Of a stretch of DNA of 64,000 bases, positions 1 to 10,285 are shown piece after piece. Both the position numbers and the translations under genes were made by a program. The DNA comes from Polyangiales bacterium. Its GTDB lineage: Bacteria > Myxococcota_A > Polyangia > Polyangiales > Polyangiaceae. Below the pieces are notes generated by a model that did no database searches, was not told the origin of the DNA, and saw nothing but the letters and a program-made list of their open reading frames with translations. Position 1 is the first letter of the stretch, and each line of letters begins with the position of its first letter. The stretch covers positions 32,001 to 96,000 of the forward strand of contig JBBRNJ010000012.1 in assembly GCA_038230375.1 (NCBI GenBank), written 5' to 3'.

Positions 1-140
1 GGCGATCGTCATCATGGCGGAGCACGCCGCGTGGGTGTGCTGCGGGCGCGTGGACAAGGAGCGCTTCTCCGGCGTGCATGCCGCCGACCCTCTCCTGGCA
101 GACGTGATCCGGAAGCGGCTGCAAGAAGAAGGAGGCGTCC

Positions 141-1547
141 GTGCAGGCTAAAGACCGGCCCATGGTGCTGCTCGTCGGCGCTGACGTGGACGCCCTCACG
201 GCTCTCGCGCGAGCGCTCCGTGGCGCGGGCATCCTCGTGTCCGTCGCCACCGGTCGCGCGGCTGCATGCGAACGCGCGAAGTCCGGCGGCTATCACGTGA
301 TCCTCGCCACGCGCAGCGTCGTGGAGCCGGACGAAACGGGGCTTGGCCTGCTCGACACGCTCGCCCTGGAGCTGACGGAGCCTCCGCCGTACATCGTGCT
401 GGCCGAGCACGAGGCCGACCTGGGGACCTCCGCCGTCTCCACCGACGACTTCCCCGAGCTCATGCGCCGCATCGACGAGGTCGTCTCGCGCGGCCCCTCG
501 TCCATGAGGCCCGACTCATCTGCGCCCTCCACGTTCAGCCTTGGAGAGACGCGCCTTGCAGACCTGATCGCCACGTTCGGCGAAGAGGCACGCACTGGCA
601 CGTTCACCATCGTCACGGCTCGTGGCTCCGGCGAGGTCCGCATGCAGGACGGTGACGTCGTGGACGCGGTCTACGTTCGCGTCGAGGGGCTCAAGGCGCT
701 CGCGCGTCTGGCAAGCGAGCGTCAGGGCCGCGCAACGTTCTTCCCGTCGAAGGATCGCGTCGTGCGCCGCATGCGAGAGCCCACACCCGCACTGGTGGCA
801 TTCATCGTGGAGCATGGGCACGAGATGGATCGCCTGACCGAAGCGCTTGGCGGCGTGGGCAGCGACACGCTGCTCTCCACCACAGGAGGCAACGCGCCCA
901 CCGATCCTTCGCACGTCGTACGCATCGTCGCGTCCAAGCTGCGTGTGCCGGCCACCCTCGAAGAGCTGCTCGACTCGGTGCCCGCGCCGGACGCCGCGGT
1001 GCTCGCGGCGCTGGTCGAGATCGATCGCACGGGCAGGCTGCGACGCATGGGACGCGTCGACGGTCGCGTGCATCTGGGCGCCGCCACCGAGCTGCCCCTC
1101 CTGCGCGCGAATGCTGCGCGCGCGCGTGCGCCTGGATTTGCCGGGCCGGGCCGTATCGTGATGGCCGCGACACCGTCTCGTCTGTCGGTGCTCGCGCATA
1201 CGATTCCGTCGCTGGCTGACGCGGTCGGCGCGAAGGACGGACAGTCCCAGGTCCCGGTGCCGCATCTCCTCGCCACGCTTCGCCTCGGTGACTCGGTCGA
1301 CGTAGACATCGTCGCGCTGCCGCTGGTCCCCGCGTACTCGCCGCTCTGGCCGCTCGCGCTGGCAGGCGCGTCGGTTCTGGTGCGCCTGGATGCCGCCGCG
1401 TCGCGCCCGCTCGAGGACGTGTGCGCCACGCATCTGATCCCCATCCTGGAAGCACAGCGCGTGGTGCCCGGTCTGGACGAGTCGAACGCAATGCACGTCG
1501 CCCGCCTCATCCGCGCTGCCATAGAGACGAGCGCCTTCGACGGCTGA
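141..1547 (+). CDS. Pseudo-receiver + DUF4388-like + degenerate small-GTPase-like multidomain protein
   Basis: SD (GGAGG) precedes the GTG. The N-terminal REC-like fold (MVLLVGAD..., HVILAT) lacks the phospho-Asp. The central segment (LADLIATFGEEARTGTFTI...GEVRMQDGDVVDA...GLKALARL) resembles DUF4388. The C-terminus resembles MglA/CvnD-type GTPases without a P-loop. Confidence 0.6.
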   Translation: MQAKDRPMVLLVGADVDALTALARALRGAGILVSVATGRAAACERAKSGGYHVILATRSVVEPDETGLGLLDTLALELTEPPPYIVLAEHEADLGTSAVSTDDFPELMRRIDEVVSRGPSSMRPDSSAPSTFSLGETRLADLIATFGEEARTGTFTIVTARGSGEVRMQDGDVVDAVYVRVEGLKALARLASERQGRATFFPSKDRVVRRMREPTPALVAFIVEHGHEMDRLTEALGGVGSDTLLSTTGGNAPTDPSHVVRIVASKLRVPATLEELLDSVPAPDAAVLAALVEIDRTGRLRRMGRVDGRVHLGAATELPLLRANAARARAPGFAGPGRIVMAATPSRLSVLAHTIPSLADAVGAKDGQSQVPVPHLLATLRLGDSVDVDIVALPLVPAYSPLWPLALAGASVLVRLDAAASRPLEDVCATHLIPILEAQRVVPGLDESNAMHVARLIRAAIETSAFDG

Positions 1548-1560
1548 TCCGGGACGGCGG

Positions 1561-2319
1561 CTAGTTTCCGGAGACGGTGGTGCCGATCTGTTCGCCGAAG
1601 AGCGCGCGGCGGATATTTCCGGGCGACAGCTTGAAGACACGGATCTGCATGTTGTTGTCGCGGCAGAGCGTGGCTGCGGTGGAGTCCATCACGCGGATGC
1701 GCTCCGAGATGAAGCGATCGAAGGTCATGGTCTGGAGCATCTGCGCGTCCGCATGTTTCACGGGGTCCTTGTTGTAGACGCCCTCGACCTTGGTGGCCTT
1801 GAAGAGCGCGTCTGCATGGATCTCCATCGCGCGCAGCGCGGCGGCCGTATCCGTGGAGAAGTATGGATTGCCCGTGCCTGCGGCGAAGATGACGAAGCGG
1901 CCCTTCTCCAGGTGGCGGACGGCGCGCCTGCGGATATACGGCTCTGCGATGGCGCGGATCTCCAGAGCGGTCTGCACGCGCGTAGGGACGTCCGCCTTCT
2001 CCAGTGCGTCCTGCAGTGCGAGCGCGTTGATCACGGTCGCGAGCATGCCCATGTAGTCGCTCTGCGACCGGTCCATTCCCTGGCTCGCGCCGGCCAGGCC
2101 GCGGAAGATGTTGCCGCCGCCGACGACGATGCCAACGGCCACGCCAAGCTTGTGGATCTCCGCGAGCTCGAGCGCCGTGTCGCGCATCACCTTCTGATCG
2201 ATCCCGATGGCGCCCGATGTGCCACCGAGGGCTTCGCCCGAGAGCTTGAGGAGAATGCGCTTGTAACGCAGCTCCGGGTGAGAGGCCTTGGGCGTCAGGG
2301 GGGCGGGGGGCTCGCGCAT
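1561..2319 (-). CDS. pyrH: UMP kinase
   Basis: [58 protein letters not shown]. The real gene is the 3' part of the 954-aa ORF; the start is approximate. Confidence 0.97.
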   Translation of the reverse strand: MREPPAPLTPKASHPELRYKRILLKLSGEALGGTSGAIGIDQKVMRDTALELAEIHKLGVAVGIVVGGGNIFRGLAGASQGMDRSQSDYMGMLATVINALALQDALEKADVPTRVQTALEIRAIAEPYIRRRAVRHLEKGRFVIFAAGTGNPYFSTDTAAALRAMEIHADALFKATKVEGVYNKDPVKHADAQMLQTMTFDRFISERIRVMDSTAATLCRDNNMQIRVFKLSPGNIRRALFGEQIGTTVSGN

Positions 2320-2400
2320 CGCCGCCACAAATAGCCGTCGTCTCGCACGGGCGCAACGGGGCGCTTTCGGAAGATCGAGAGCCGTAGTAGTCCATGCCCC

Positions 2401-3504
2401 GTGAAGCGGAATCTCAGCGGCTTGCTCACGGCGCTCGTCCCGGTTCTCGCGCTCGGCCTGACGGTCGGCGTTTCCAGCGTTCTTTCCGGCTGCAACAGCT
2501 GCAACGAGAAGGCGCTGACCACCAGCAATGCCGAAGATGCGGGTCATCGGACCAGCGAGCAGCTCACGCCCGAGCAGCAGTCCAAGGTCCTCGCGAAGGT
2601 CGGCGACAAGACGATCACGCTCGGCGACTTCGTGGCGTCGCTGGAGAACATGGACCAGTTCGACCGCCTCCGGTACCAGTCGACGGAGCGCCGCAAGGAG
2701 CTCCTCACCGAGATGATCACGGTGGAGCTGCTCGCGCAGGAGGCTCGCGCCAAGGGCTACGACAAGGACCCTTCGGCCGAGCAAGAGGTCCGCTCCATCC
2801 TGCGCGACGCGATGCTCGCCCAGGCGCGAAAGAACGCGCCGACCCCGAACGACATCTCCGACGGCGACGCGCGCGCCTACTTCGACGCGCACAAGTCCGA
2901 GTACCGGGACCCCGAGCGTCGCCGGCTCTCCTGCATCGTCTTGAAGGACGAGGCCGCCGCCAAGGCCGTCATCACCACGGCGACCGCCAGCTCCAAGGGG
3001 CTCTCCGCCGCAGAGTGGGGCGAGCTCGTTCGCAGCAAATCCACGGACACACAAGCCAAGGCCAACGTCCCCGTCGATCTCGCTGGTGACATGGGCATCG
3101 TGAGCCCCCCGGGCGACACGCGCGGCGAGAACACGCGCGTTCCCGAACCGGTGCGCGTTGCTGTCTACGAGATCGAGAAGGCGGGCGACGTGCTCCCGCG
3201 TCCGATCCCCGTGAAGGGCACCTTCTACGTGGTCCGCCTCACCCAGAAGATGGAGCCCCACGAGCGCCCCTTCGAGGAAGCGGAGCGCACGATCCGGATC
3301 AAGCTCGCGCAGGATCGCACGCGCGCCAGGGAGGATCAGCTGCTCGCGGATCTGCGCAAGCAATACCCCGTCACCGTGGACGACGCGGCCCTTGCCACCG
3401 TCCACGTGGACCTTGCGGACGCGGGCCCGTACCCGAACACGCCGGGCCCCACCCAGCAGAGCCCCGCGCCCCAGCAGAGCCCCGGCGACGCCGGCGCGCG
3501 ATAG
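2401..3504 (+). CDS. PpiC/parvulin-type peptidyl-prolyl isomerase lipoprotein (SurA/PrsA-like)
   Basis: Lipobox [35 protein letters not shown]...[13 protein letters not shown]...FEEA. Confidence 0.85.
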   Translation: MKRNLSGLLTALVPVLALGLTVGVSSVLSGCNSCNEKALTTSNAEDAGHRTSEQLTPEQQSKVLAKVGDKTITLGDFVASLENMDQFDRLRYQSTERRKELLTEMITVELLAQEARAKGYDKDPSAEQEVRSILRDAMLAQARKNAPTPNDISDGDARAYFDAHKSEYRDPERRRLSCIVLKDEAAAKAVITTATASSKGLSAAEWGELVRSKSTDTQAKANVPVDLAGDMGIVSPPGDTRGENTRVPEPVRVAVYEIEKAGDVLPRPIPVKGTFYVVRLTQKMEPHERPFEEAERTIRIKLAQDRTRAREDQLLADLRKQYPVTVDDAALATVHVDLADAGPYPNTPGPTQQSPAPQQSPGDAGAR

Positions 3505-4644
3505 ATGAAGAGCAACGTCGTCTCCCTTGCGGACGTCGTCCGGAGGAAGCGGACGACACAGCGGAAGGACCCACGCGACTGGCGCTGGCAGATCCGCAAC
3601 GCGCTCACGCGCACGGAAGATCTCGAGCGTCACCTCTCGCTCACGCAGGACGAGCGGGACGGCGCGCGCCGTGCAGAGGAGCAGGGACTGCCGATCTCGA
3701 TCACGCCGTACTACCTGTCGCTCTGCGACCCGCACGATCCGACGTGTCCCGTGCGCATGCAGTGCGTGCCGCGGGCGGCTGAGTCCACGGTGGCCCGCGG
3801 CGACATGGAAGACCCCCTGGGTGAGGTCGCCCACGAGGTCGCGCCCGGCCTCGTGCAGCGCTATCCGGATCGCGTGCTGCTCCTGGCCACGGACCGGTGC
3901 GCCGTGTACTGCCGCTTCTGCACCCGGTCGCGGATGGTCGGCGACGGCGGCGGCGCCATCTCGAACGACAAGCTCGCGCTCGCCATCTCGTACCTGCGCG
4001 CGCATCCAGAGATCACCGACGTCATCATCAGCGGCGGTGACCCGCTCGCGATGGCTACGGACCGCCTGGTCCGCCTTGTCGCCACGGTGCGCGAGGTGCA
4101 GAGCGTCCAGACCATTCGTCTGGCAACGCGGGTCCCCGTGACGCTCCCCATGCGCATCACGCAGGAGCTGCTCCGCGCGCTTCGTCCATACCATCCGCTC
4201 TGGGTGATGACGCACTTCAATCACCCCAAGGAGCTGACACGCGCCGCCGCGCTCGCGTGCACTCGCCTCGCCGACGCGGGCTTCCCCGTGATGAACCAGA
4301 CGGTGCTCCTGCGCGGCATCAACGATGACCCCGACACGCTGTCCGCGCTCTTCCGCGCGCTCGTTCGCGTGCGCGTGCGCCCGTACTACCTCCTGCAGAT
4401 GGATCCGGTCGTGGGGACCTCGCACCTGCGGACGCCTCTGGCGCGCGGCGTCGAGATCATGGAGGCGCTTCAGGGTCGGCTGACGGGGATCGCACTCCCG
4501 AAGCTGATCTGCGACACGCCGGGCGGGCTCGGCAAGGTTCCGGTGGGCCCAGGCTACGTGGTTGCCCGCGACGACGCCGCTGGCGTCACCACCCTCCGGA
4601 CCTTTCGCGGCGCGCGTGTGGACTACGTGGATCCTTCCGCCTGA
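3505..4644 (+). CDS. KamA family radical SAM aminomutase (lysine 2,3-aminomutase/EpmB-like)
   Basis: [53 protein letters not shown] and the PLP Lys motif GGLGKVP. Confidence 0.92.
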   Translation: MKSNVVSLADVVRRKRTTQRKDPRDWRWQIRNALTRTEDLERHLSLTQDERDGARRAEEQGLPISITPYYLSLCDPHDPTCPVRMQCVPRAAESTVARGDMEDPLGEVAHEVAPGLVQRYPDRVLLLATDRCAVYCRFCTRSRMVGDGGGAISNDKLALAISYLRAHPEITDVIISGGDPLAMATDRLVRLVATVREVQSVQTIRLATRVPVTLPMRITQELLRALRPYHPLWVMTHFNHPKELTRAAALACTRLADAGFPVMNQTVLLRGINDDPDTLSALFRALVRVRVRPYYLLQMDPVVGTSHLRTPLARGVEIMEALQGRLTGIALPKLICDTPGGLGKVPVGPGYVVARDDAAGVTTLRTFRGARVDYVDPSA

Positions 4645-4701
4645 CCGGCAGAAGTTTTTCGCGCACCGATCCGGGAGAAGATTCGGTACTGTGTGATCGC
4701 C

Positions 4702-6510
4702 ATGAGTGTATTTGGGGATGGTTCACGGCTCGGACGAAGCGTGTCCTGGGCTCTTGCCGCAGTTCTCTTCAGTGGGACTGCCTTCGCGCAGGTCGGCGTG
4801 GCAGACGCCAAGGCGCACCGCACAGCCGCCGAGGCCGCCGCAAAGGCGAAGGACTGGGCGAAGGCGCTCGAGGAGTTCCGCGCTGCAAATGCGCTCGAAA
4901 AGACCCCCGAGAGCATGGAGGGCATCGCCAACGCCGAGCACGAGCTCGGCCACGTGCCCCAGGCCTACGAGGCCTATGAGGACTTCCTGAACACGTACTC
5001 CGCGAAGCTGCCTGGCCCCAAGAAGGTGGCTGCGGAGAAGCGTCTGAAGGAGCTCGGCGAGAAGACGGGCGCGTTCGCCATCGACGTGAACGGGGCCGGC
5101 GCCGAGATTTTCCTGGATGACAAGAGCCTCGGCAAGAGCCCGCTCGCGAAGCCCGTGCGCGTGCTCTCCGGTCCCCACCGGGTGCGCGTCCACAAGGACG
5201 GATTCCTTCCGTGGGAGCAGGCTCCGAATGCTCCCGCGCAGGCGCAGACCGCCGTCGCCGTGAAGCTCGAGGTCGACGCACGGAAGGCCCGCCTCAACGT
5301 GCGCGAGCAATCCAACGCCCCGGTCCACGTCTACGTCGACGGCGTCGACATGGGCGTCGCGCCGTGGTCAGGCGATGTCGAGCCAGGCGAGCACGAGATC
5401 ATCGTGAAGAGCGCGACCATGCTCGCCACGCCGCAGAAGGTCACCGTCGCAAAGGGCGAGACGCGCGAGATCATCGCGGCGGCCTCCGCCACGAGCGCCT
5501 CGCTCAAGGTCTCCACGGCGGACGGCAAGGGCGTCATCTACATCGACGGCAAGGTCGTTGGCGAAGGCGTCTTCAGCGGTGAGATCCCCGCGGGACCGCA
5601 CAAGGTGATGGTCAAGCGTGACGGCTACGACCCGTTCGAGGAAGACATTGCGCTGAAGGAGAAGGAGAACGTCTCTCGCAGCGTGACGCTCCAGCTCGTG
5701 TCCACCGTGACCACCGGTCAGGTGAAGACGGACACGGACCGCCTCGAGGGCCTCTACGGCAGCCTCGGCCTCTCGGGCGTGCTCATGCCCTCTGGCAACG
5801 GCAACGACATCCAGAACGAGTGCGACAAAGGCACGGCTGGTGTCACGTGCGCTGGCTCCAGCGACGTCGGCGGCGCGCTGCACGGCTACGTTGGCTACCA
5901 CTGGGACCCCGTCGGCATGGAGCTCTTCATGCAGGCCATGTACGACCAGACCACACCCGTGATCCAGGTCGCGTCGTCGCCGGTCAATCTGAACGCGGAC
6001 CCCGCGCGCAAGGAAGAATATTCCTTCCGCCGCATCGGCGGCACCGCTGCGATTCGTGCGCGCCTCACGTGGCAGGCCAAGAAGATCCGGCTCGGCTTCG
6101 CGGCGGGCCCGGGCGCCTCTTATCGTCAGGTGCTCTTCCAGCGCGACGCGACGGCGACCGTCGGCAACGACACGTTCGGAGACAAGTACGTGGGCTCGGC
6201 CGGCTACTGGGCGCCCGCGCTCTCGCTCGACGCCCACGTCGGCTTCCGCGCCACGCGCGCCTTCGAGCTGCAGCTCGGCTTCCAGACCCTGTTCGAGAGC
6301 GCACGCGCCTTCGGAGAGAAGGTCGTGCTCGACGCCGACAACAGTCGCCAGCTCGTGAAGGGCGGCGCGTCGTCGCCAGTGCCGCTACCGGGCGGCGTCG
6401 TACCGTCAGTCCCGGGCCAGACGATCGCGATCAGCACCCCGTCGTACCAGCTGATCACCGGCACTCAGATCTTCACCGGACTCTACATCGGCGCCCAGTT
6501 CGGTCCCTGA
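4702..6510 (+). CDS. Secreted TPR + multiple PEGA domain protein with probable C-terminal beta-barrel
   Basis: Signal peptide (AFA); helical TPR-like N-terminus; three PEGA-like repeats ([27 protein letters not shown]...[12 protein letters not shown]); amphipathic beta-strands ending YIGAQFGP. Alternative GTG start at 4693. Confidence 0.8.
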   Translation: MSVFGDGSRLGRSVSWALAAVLFSGTAFAQVGVADAKAHRTAAEAAAKAKDWAKALEEFRAANALEKTPESMEGIANAEHELGHVPQAYEAYEDFLNTYSAKLPGPKKVAAEKRLKELGEKTGAFAIDVNGAGAEIFLDDKSLGKSPLAKPVRVLSGPHRVRVHKDGFLPWEQAPNAPAQAQTAVAVKLEVDARKARLNVREQSNAPVHVYVDGVDMGVAPWSGDVEPGEHEIIVKSATMLATPQKVTVAKGETREIIAAASATSASLKVSTADGKGVIYIDGKVVGEGVFSGEIPAGPHKVMVKRDGYDPFEEDIALKEKENVSRSVTLQLVSTVTTGQVKTDTDRLEGLYGSLGLSGVLMPSGNGNDIQNECDKGTAGVTCAGSSDVGGALHGYVGYHWDPVGMELFMQAMYDQTTPVIQVASSPVNLNADPARKEEYSFRRIGGTAAIRARLTWQAKKIRLGFAAGPGASYRQVLFQRDATATVGNDTFGDKYVGSAGYWAPALSLDAHVGFRATRAFELQLGFQTLFESARAFGEKVVLDADNSRQLVKGGASSPVPLPGGVVPSVPGQTIAISTPSYQLITGTQIFTGLYIGAQFGP

Positions 6511-6561
6511 GCGTCGATCTTGGGGTCGAAGTCGATATCGATGTTTGTCCGTTGCCGCTGA

Positions 6562-8934
6562 CTACTTCAACGTGAAGCCACACTGGCTCATGAGCGCCGC
6601 TGGCAGCGTTGATGAGCCCAGCATGGCGCAGATGTTCTGAGGCGCAGAAACCGTCTGCTTGAGGACGCCGTCCTGCAAGCACTGGCACGTGTCCATCGCG
6701 CCAGCCTCGTCGGGGCCACACGTGAGTTGCAGCTTGCCGTTGACTGGGCACTGCTCCGAGAGATCGCAGCTGGTGCCAATGTTGAAGGTCGGCGCGAATG
6801 CGCATGGGTTGTTCATACCGGGGCCTCCAGCATCGATGCCGGTGCCGCCAGTCCCGCTGTCCCCGCCGCTTGAGCCGCCGTCGCCTGTTGACGTGCCGCT
6901 GCTTGCCTTCACCACGCAGGCGCCGCCCGAGAGCGCGAAGATCGGGACCACCGACGGGAATTTCGGCGAGCCCGGCGTTGCCGCGGAGGCCAGGACCGCG
7001 GCGGCCTGCAGCGCGTTCTGGTAGGCGTCACAGGAGTTCTTGCAGAGGACGACGTTGCCCTTCGCGTCCTGGACCCAGCCGTCGCCTCCAGCGTGACATG
7101 CCGTAGCGTCCTTCCCCGCGGCGTTCTTGATCACCGTGGTGTTGCCCAAGAACGTCGGGTCCGAGAACCAGAGCTCCGAGGTCGGGCCGAAGGTGTCGGG
7201 CGTGCTCTTCGGCGCCGTATACGTGCAGGTAGCCGACGCCGTGAACGCGCGAATGATCGCGGTCTGAGCAGCGGTGGAGTTGACCGAGGCGTTGTAGCAA
7301 CTACCACCGGTCGAAGCGACGGCGCTCGCGAACGCCTTGGAGGGCACGGTGTTGGTGTTGCACGGATCCTCCGCGCCACTGCCGATCTCCACGACCGTGG
7401 TGGGGATGTCCTTGTGTGCAGTGATGATGTCCGAGGGCACCTTCTGCGCGCCGCCCATCTGCGGGTCAACGCACCCCGGGGTGGGGATGAAGCCCTTGTT
7501 CGCGATCATGATGACCGTCTTGTTCACGACGCCAGGCGCGCCGATGATCTCGGCATACGCGGTCTCGAGCCCGGCGACCTGATTCTGCACCGTCCAGGTG
7601 TTATCGAACGCGTAGTCCGCAGGGTTCACCGACAACGACGCGACCGGCGTCAGACCCTTGTCCGGCAGCATGGGGGAGAGCGTGGACGGGCACGTCCCGC
7701 TGCTCGCGACCGGCATGAAGTGGAAGCCGACCTTCAGGTTCGCGAACGCCGGATCGTTCTTCTTTGCGAGCAGGCTGGCAGCCGCCGCCAGGAAGTCCGT
7801 CGCGCTCTTCGTGGGGTCGATGACGAACTCGACGGCGGACGCGACCGGGCTGAGCGCCGCGGAGCTACAGGTCCCGCTCTGCGGGTTCGAGACGGTGCCG
7901 TCGGGATTGGCGCCCATCAACTTCAGCTGGTCTGCCGCGCAGATCGACTGCGATGCGAGCTTGGGCCGACACACCGGGTTCACGGTGACTGACGTGATGC
8001 GGTGCGGGCTGCCCAGCGTACCGTGCACGAGATCGCAGAGGCCGGGCGCGAGCTGGAAGATCTGCGGCTTCGTGGCGTCCGGGACGAAGAACCCTTCGTC
8101 CTTGTCGAGATCCAGGATCTCGTTGCCAAGGCCGCTGTCGAATGCAACGCGCACGTTCAGGCCATCCGCGGGAAGCGTGAGGCCGCCCGGCACCTGGGGC
8201 AGGGAAGCGCCCGGAGGCGCGCCGATGGCGCCGGGCAACGCATAGATGCACTGCGCGTCGTCCACGGTGAGCGGCGGCACGTTCACCTGATCGCTGAAGC
8301 AACTGTCCAGTGCGAAGCAGGTCCCGTCGCCGCCGTAGAGCAGGTTGTCGTTGTATTCGGTGAGGGCGGTGACCTGGGTGTTCGAGTCCACGCAGCGCCC
8401 GGCCTTGCAGGTCTTCTCGCTGATCGAATTCCCGCATTCCACGTCGAAGCAGGAGAACTTGAGCGGCATCGGTACGAACAGGATCTGGTTCGGCGAGTAC
8501 GGCTGACGCGACACACGGAGCACGCGCGCACCGCCGCCCGAGTTGAGCGAGCCGCCGACCGACGCGGGGATCGCGCAGCCGTAGCCAGGGCTCTGGGCGA
8601 TCTGTCCGGCGGGCGTCGCGGGGTCGTCGGAGTCTGCCGCCGTGAAGCCCGTGACCGAGATGATGACCGGCGTGCCGGCGGCGCTACGCGGGAGTGCGCC
8701 CAGCGACCGCGGCAGCTGCACCTTGTTGTCGTACACGAGGTAGTTCTTGCAGAAGGTCACTGTGCCTTCGACCGACACGCTCACCTGCACGGTCTTCAGG
8801 TCTCGCGGCACCTGGACCTGCGTGGAGATGCCAGCGACGAGCTCCGTCTGCTTCTGCGACTCACACCCCATCCAACCCAGCGCAGCGGTGGTGACGAGAG
8901 CGAGCGAGCAAAGAGCCGAGCGACGGTTCAGCAT
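6562..8934 (-). CDS. Large Cys-rich lipoprotein with degenerate VWA-like domain
   Basis: SD GAAGGAG; signal peptide ending WMGC; many paired Cys; VEFVIDPTKS (DxSxS-like), VGFHFMP, TVIMIANKG, TTVVEIG; Gly/Ser linker then a Cys-rich tail. Confidence 0.65.
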   Translation of the reverse strand: MLNRRSALCSLALVTTAALGWMGCESQKQTELVAGISTQVQVPRDLKTVQVSVSVEGTVTFCKNYLVYDNKVQLPRSLGALPRSAAGTPVIISVTGFTAADSDDPATPAGQIAQSPGYGCAIPASVGGSLNSGGGARVLRVSRQPYSPNQILFVPMPLKFSCFDVECGNSISEKTCKAGRCVDSNTQVTALTEYNDNLLYGGDGTCFALDSCFSDQVNVPPLTVDDAQCIYALPGAIGAPPGASLPQVPGGLTLPADGLNVRVAFDSGLGNEILDLDKDEGFFVPDATKPQIFQLAPGLCDLVHGTLGSPHRITSVTVNPVCRPKLASQSICAADQLKLMGANPDGTVSNPQSGTCSSAALSPVASAVEFVIDPTKSATDFLAAAASLLAKKNDPAFANLKVGFHFMPVASSGTCPSTLSPMLPDKGLTPVASLSVNPADYAFDNTWTVQNQVAGLETAYAEIIGAPGVVNKTVIMIANKGFIPTPGCVDPQMGGAQKVPSDIITAHKDIPTTVVEIGSGAEDPCNTNTVPSKAFASAVASTGGSCYNASVNSTAAQTAIIRAFTASATCTYTAPKSTPDTFGPTSELWFSDPTFLGNTTVIKNAAGKDATACHAGGDGWVQDAKGNVVLCKNSCDAYQNALQAAAVLASAATPGSPKFPSVVPIFALSGGACVVKASSGTSTGDGGSSGGDSGTGGTGIDAGGPGMNNPCAFAPTFNIGTSCDLSEQCPVNGKLQLTCGPDEAGAMDTCQCLQDGVLKQTVSAPQNICAMLGSSTLPAALMSQCGFTLK

Positions 8935-8991
8935 GGTGTCTCCTTCAAAACAAAGCTCACGACAAGAAGAGTGACGTCAGAGGCAAGCAGA

Positions 8992-10197
8992 TCAGTGGAA
9001 GTGGTACGCAGCGGGCGTCTGAACGGTGAAGGGCGGCAGCGTGCCCCTGACGGGCTCCTGGTCCTTCGGTGCGAAGATGAAGGCGGCAGCGATGGTGCCA
9101 CCGCCAACGACGAGGATGGTGCCGATGAGCCACGGGACGAAGCTGGGGTGGCGGTCCTCGTTGAGCTCCACGGTGACCGGCTTCTCTTGCCCCGGCTTCA
9201 CCTCGATGTCGTGCGTCCACGTGTAGAAGCCTTCCTTCTTCACCGTGACCTGGTGCGTGCTCTGCGTCCCGACGGGACCTTCCCAGACGTCCGCACCCAC
9301 GAACTTCCCGTCGAGCTCGATGACGGCTCCAGACGGCTGCGCGCGGATCTTGAGCCTGCCCTGCGCGATCTCCCGCGACAGTGCAAGTGTGAGCGAGGTG
9401 GGCTCGCCCTCCTTCAGCGTCACCGGCTGGGACACCGTCACGAAGCCTGGTGCCTCCGCCGTGATGACATGCGGATCGTTCGTGAGGCTGAGGCGCCCCT
9501 TGTACGGGGACGTGCCGACCTCTTTGCCGTCCACCTTGATGATCGCGCTCGGCGCGCCCTGCACGGTCACCTCGATCATGGCGGTCTTCACGATCGGCTC
9601 GAGCTTGATCGCCAGCTTTGCGGGCGTCTTTCCGAGCACGGTGATGTTCTCCGCGGCCTGCCCGAACCCGGGCTTCTGCACCACGATCTTGCGTCGGCCG
9701 ATGTTCACGTCCACGGGCTTCTGCAGCGGCGATTTGCCCACGGTCTCGTCGTCGACGACGATTGTTGCGTCGGCCTCGTTGACCTCCACCATGAGCGTGG
9801 AGACGAAGTCGCTGAGGCCGGAGATGTTGTCGCGAAGACGCGTCTCGTCCTCGGGGGTGAGCTTGCCGCCACCCTCTGCGAGCTCACGCTTGAAGATCTC
9901 GATCGCCTTCGTGTAGTGGCTGAGCGCCTTCTCGCAGGCGCCGACGTTGAAGAGCGTACGTGGGTTCTTCGACAGGTCGTAGGCGCGCTGGAACTCAGCC
10001 CCGGCCGAATCCCACCGCTGCCGCGCAAACAGGTCGAGGCCGCGATCCCAGGAGTCGCGTGCGTCGCCGGTGAGCTCGTCGTGGATGGACGTAGGCTTCT
10101 TGGGCGGCGCAGCGAACGCGACGACCGGCGTCAACATCGGCAGCACGAGCGACGCGGTCACGACCACGGTCATGGGGAACTTGAGTAGAGATCGCAT
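8992..10197 (-). CDS. TPR + PEGA domain protein
   Basis: Signal peptide (AFA); TPR (AEFQRAYDLSKNPRTLFNVGACE); three PEGA repeats (IVVDDETVGKSP, IKVDGKEVGTSP, IELDGKFVG); C-terminal hydrophobic segment. Confidence 0.85.
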   Translation of the reverse strand: MRSLLKFPMTVVVTASLVLPMLTPVVAFAAPPKKPTSIHDELTGDARDSWDRGLDLFARQRWDSAGAEFQRAYDLSKNPRTLFNVGACEKALSHYTKAIEIFKRELAEGGGKLTPEDETRLRDNISGLSDFVSTLMVEVNEADATIVVDDETVGKSPLQKPVDVNIGRRKIVVQKPGFGQAAENITVLGKTPAKLAIKLEPIVKTAMIEVTVQGAPSAIIKVDGKEVGTSPYKGRLSLTNDPHVITAEAPGFVTVSQPVTLKEGEPTSLTLALSREIAQGRLKIRAQPSGAVIELDGKFVGADVWEGPVGTQSTHQVTVKKEGFYTWTHDIEVKPGQEKPVTVELNEDRHPSFVPWLIGTILVVGGGTIAAAFIFAPKDQEPVRGTLPPFTVQTPAAYHFH

Positions 10198-10285
10198 GTC
10201 TTCTTGTTCTCGGTGTCTGCCCTCAGGCAGCCTGGGCTCCGCGTGAGGCTTTTGCCTCCTGGGAGCGACATTTTCACTTCAGCGG

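Noticed and set aside
1561..4425. 954-aa ORF suggesting a giant PyrH fusion
   Set aside because: The upstream 700 codons are the antisense shadow of the PpiC and KamA genes; only the last ~252 aa look like a real protein.
3505..4644. Radical SAM RiPP maturase
   Set aside because: All motifs match PLP-dependent KamA aminomutases; there is no SPASM/RRE domain or adjacent precursor peptide.
10214..10270. c-di-GMP-I riboswitch suggested by GGCAAAA...GCCTC on the minus strand
   Set aside because: The GNRA tetraloop/receptor architecture is not recognisable; it is kept only as a generic structured element.
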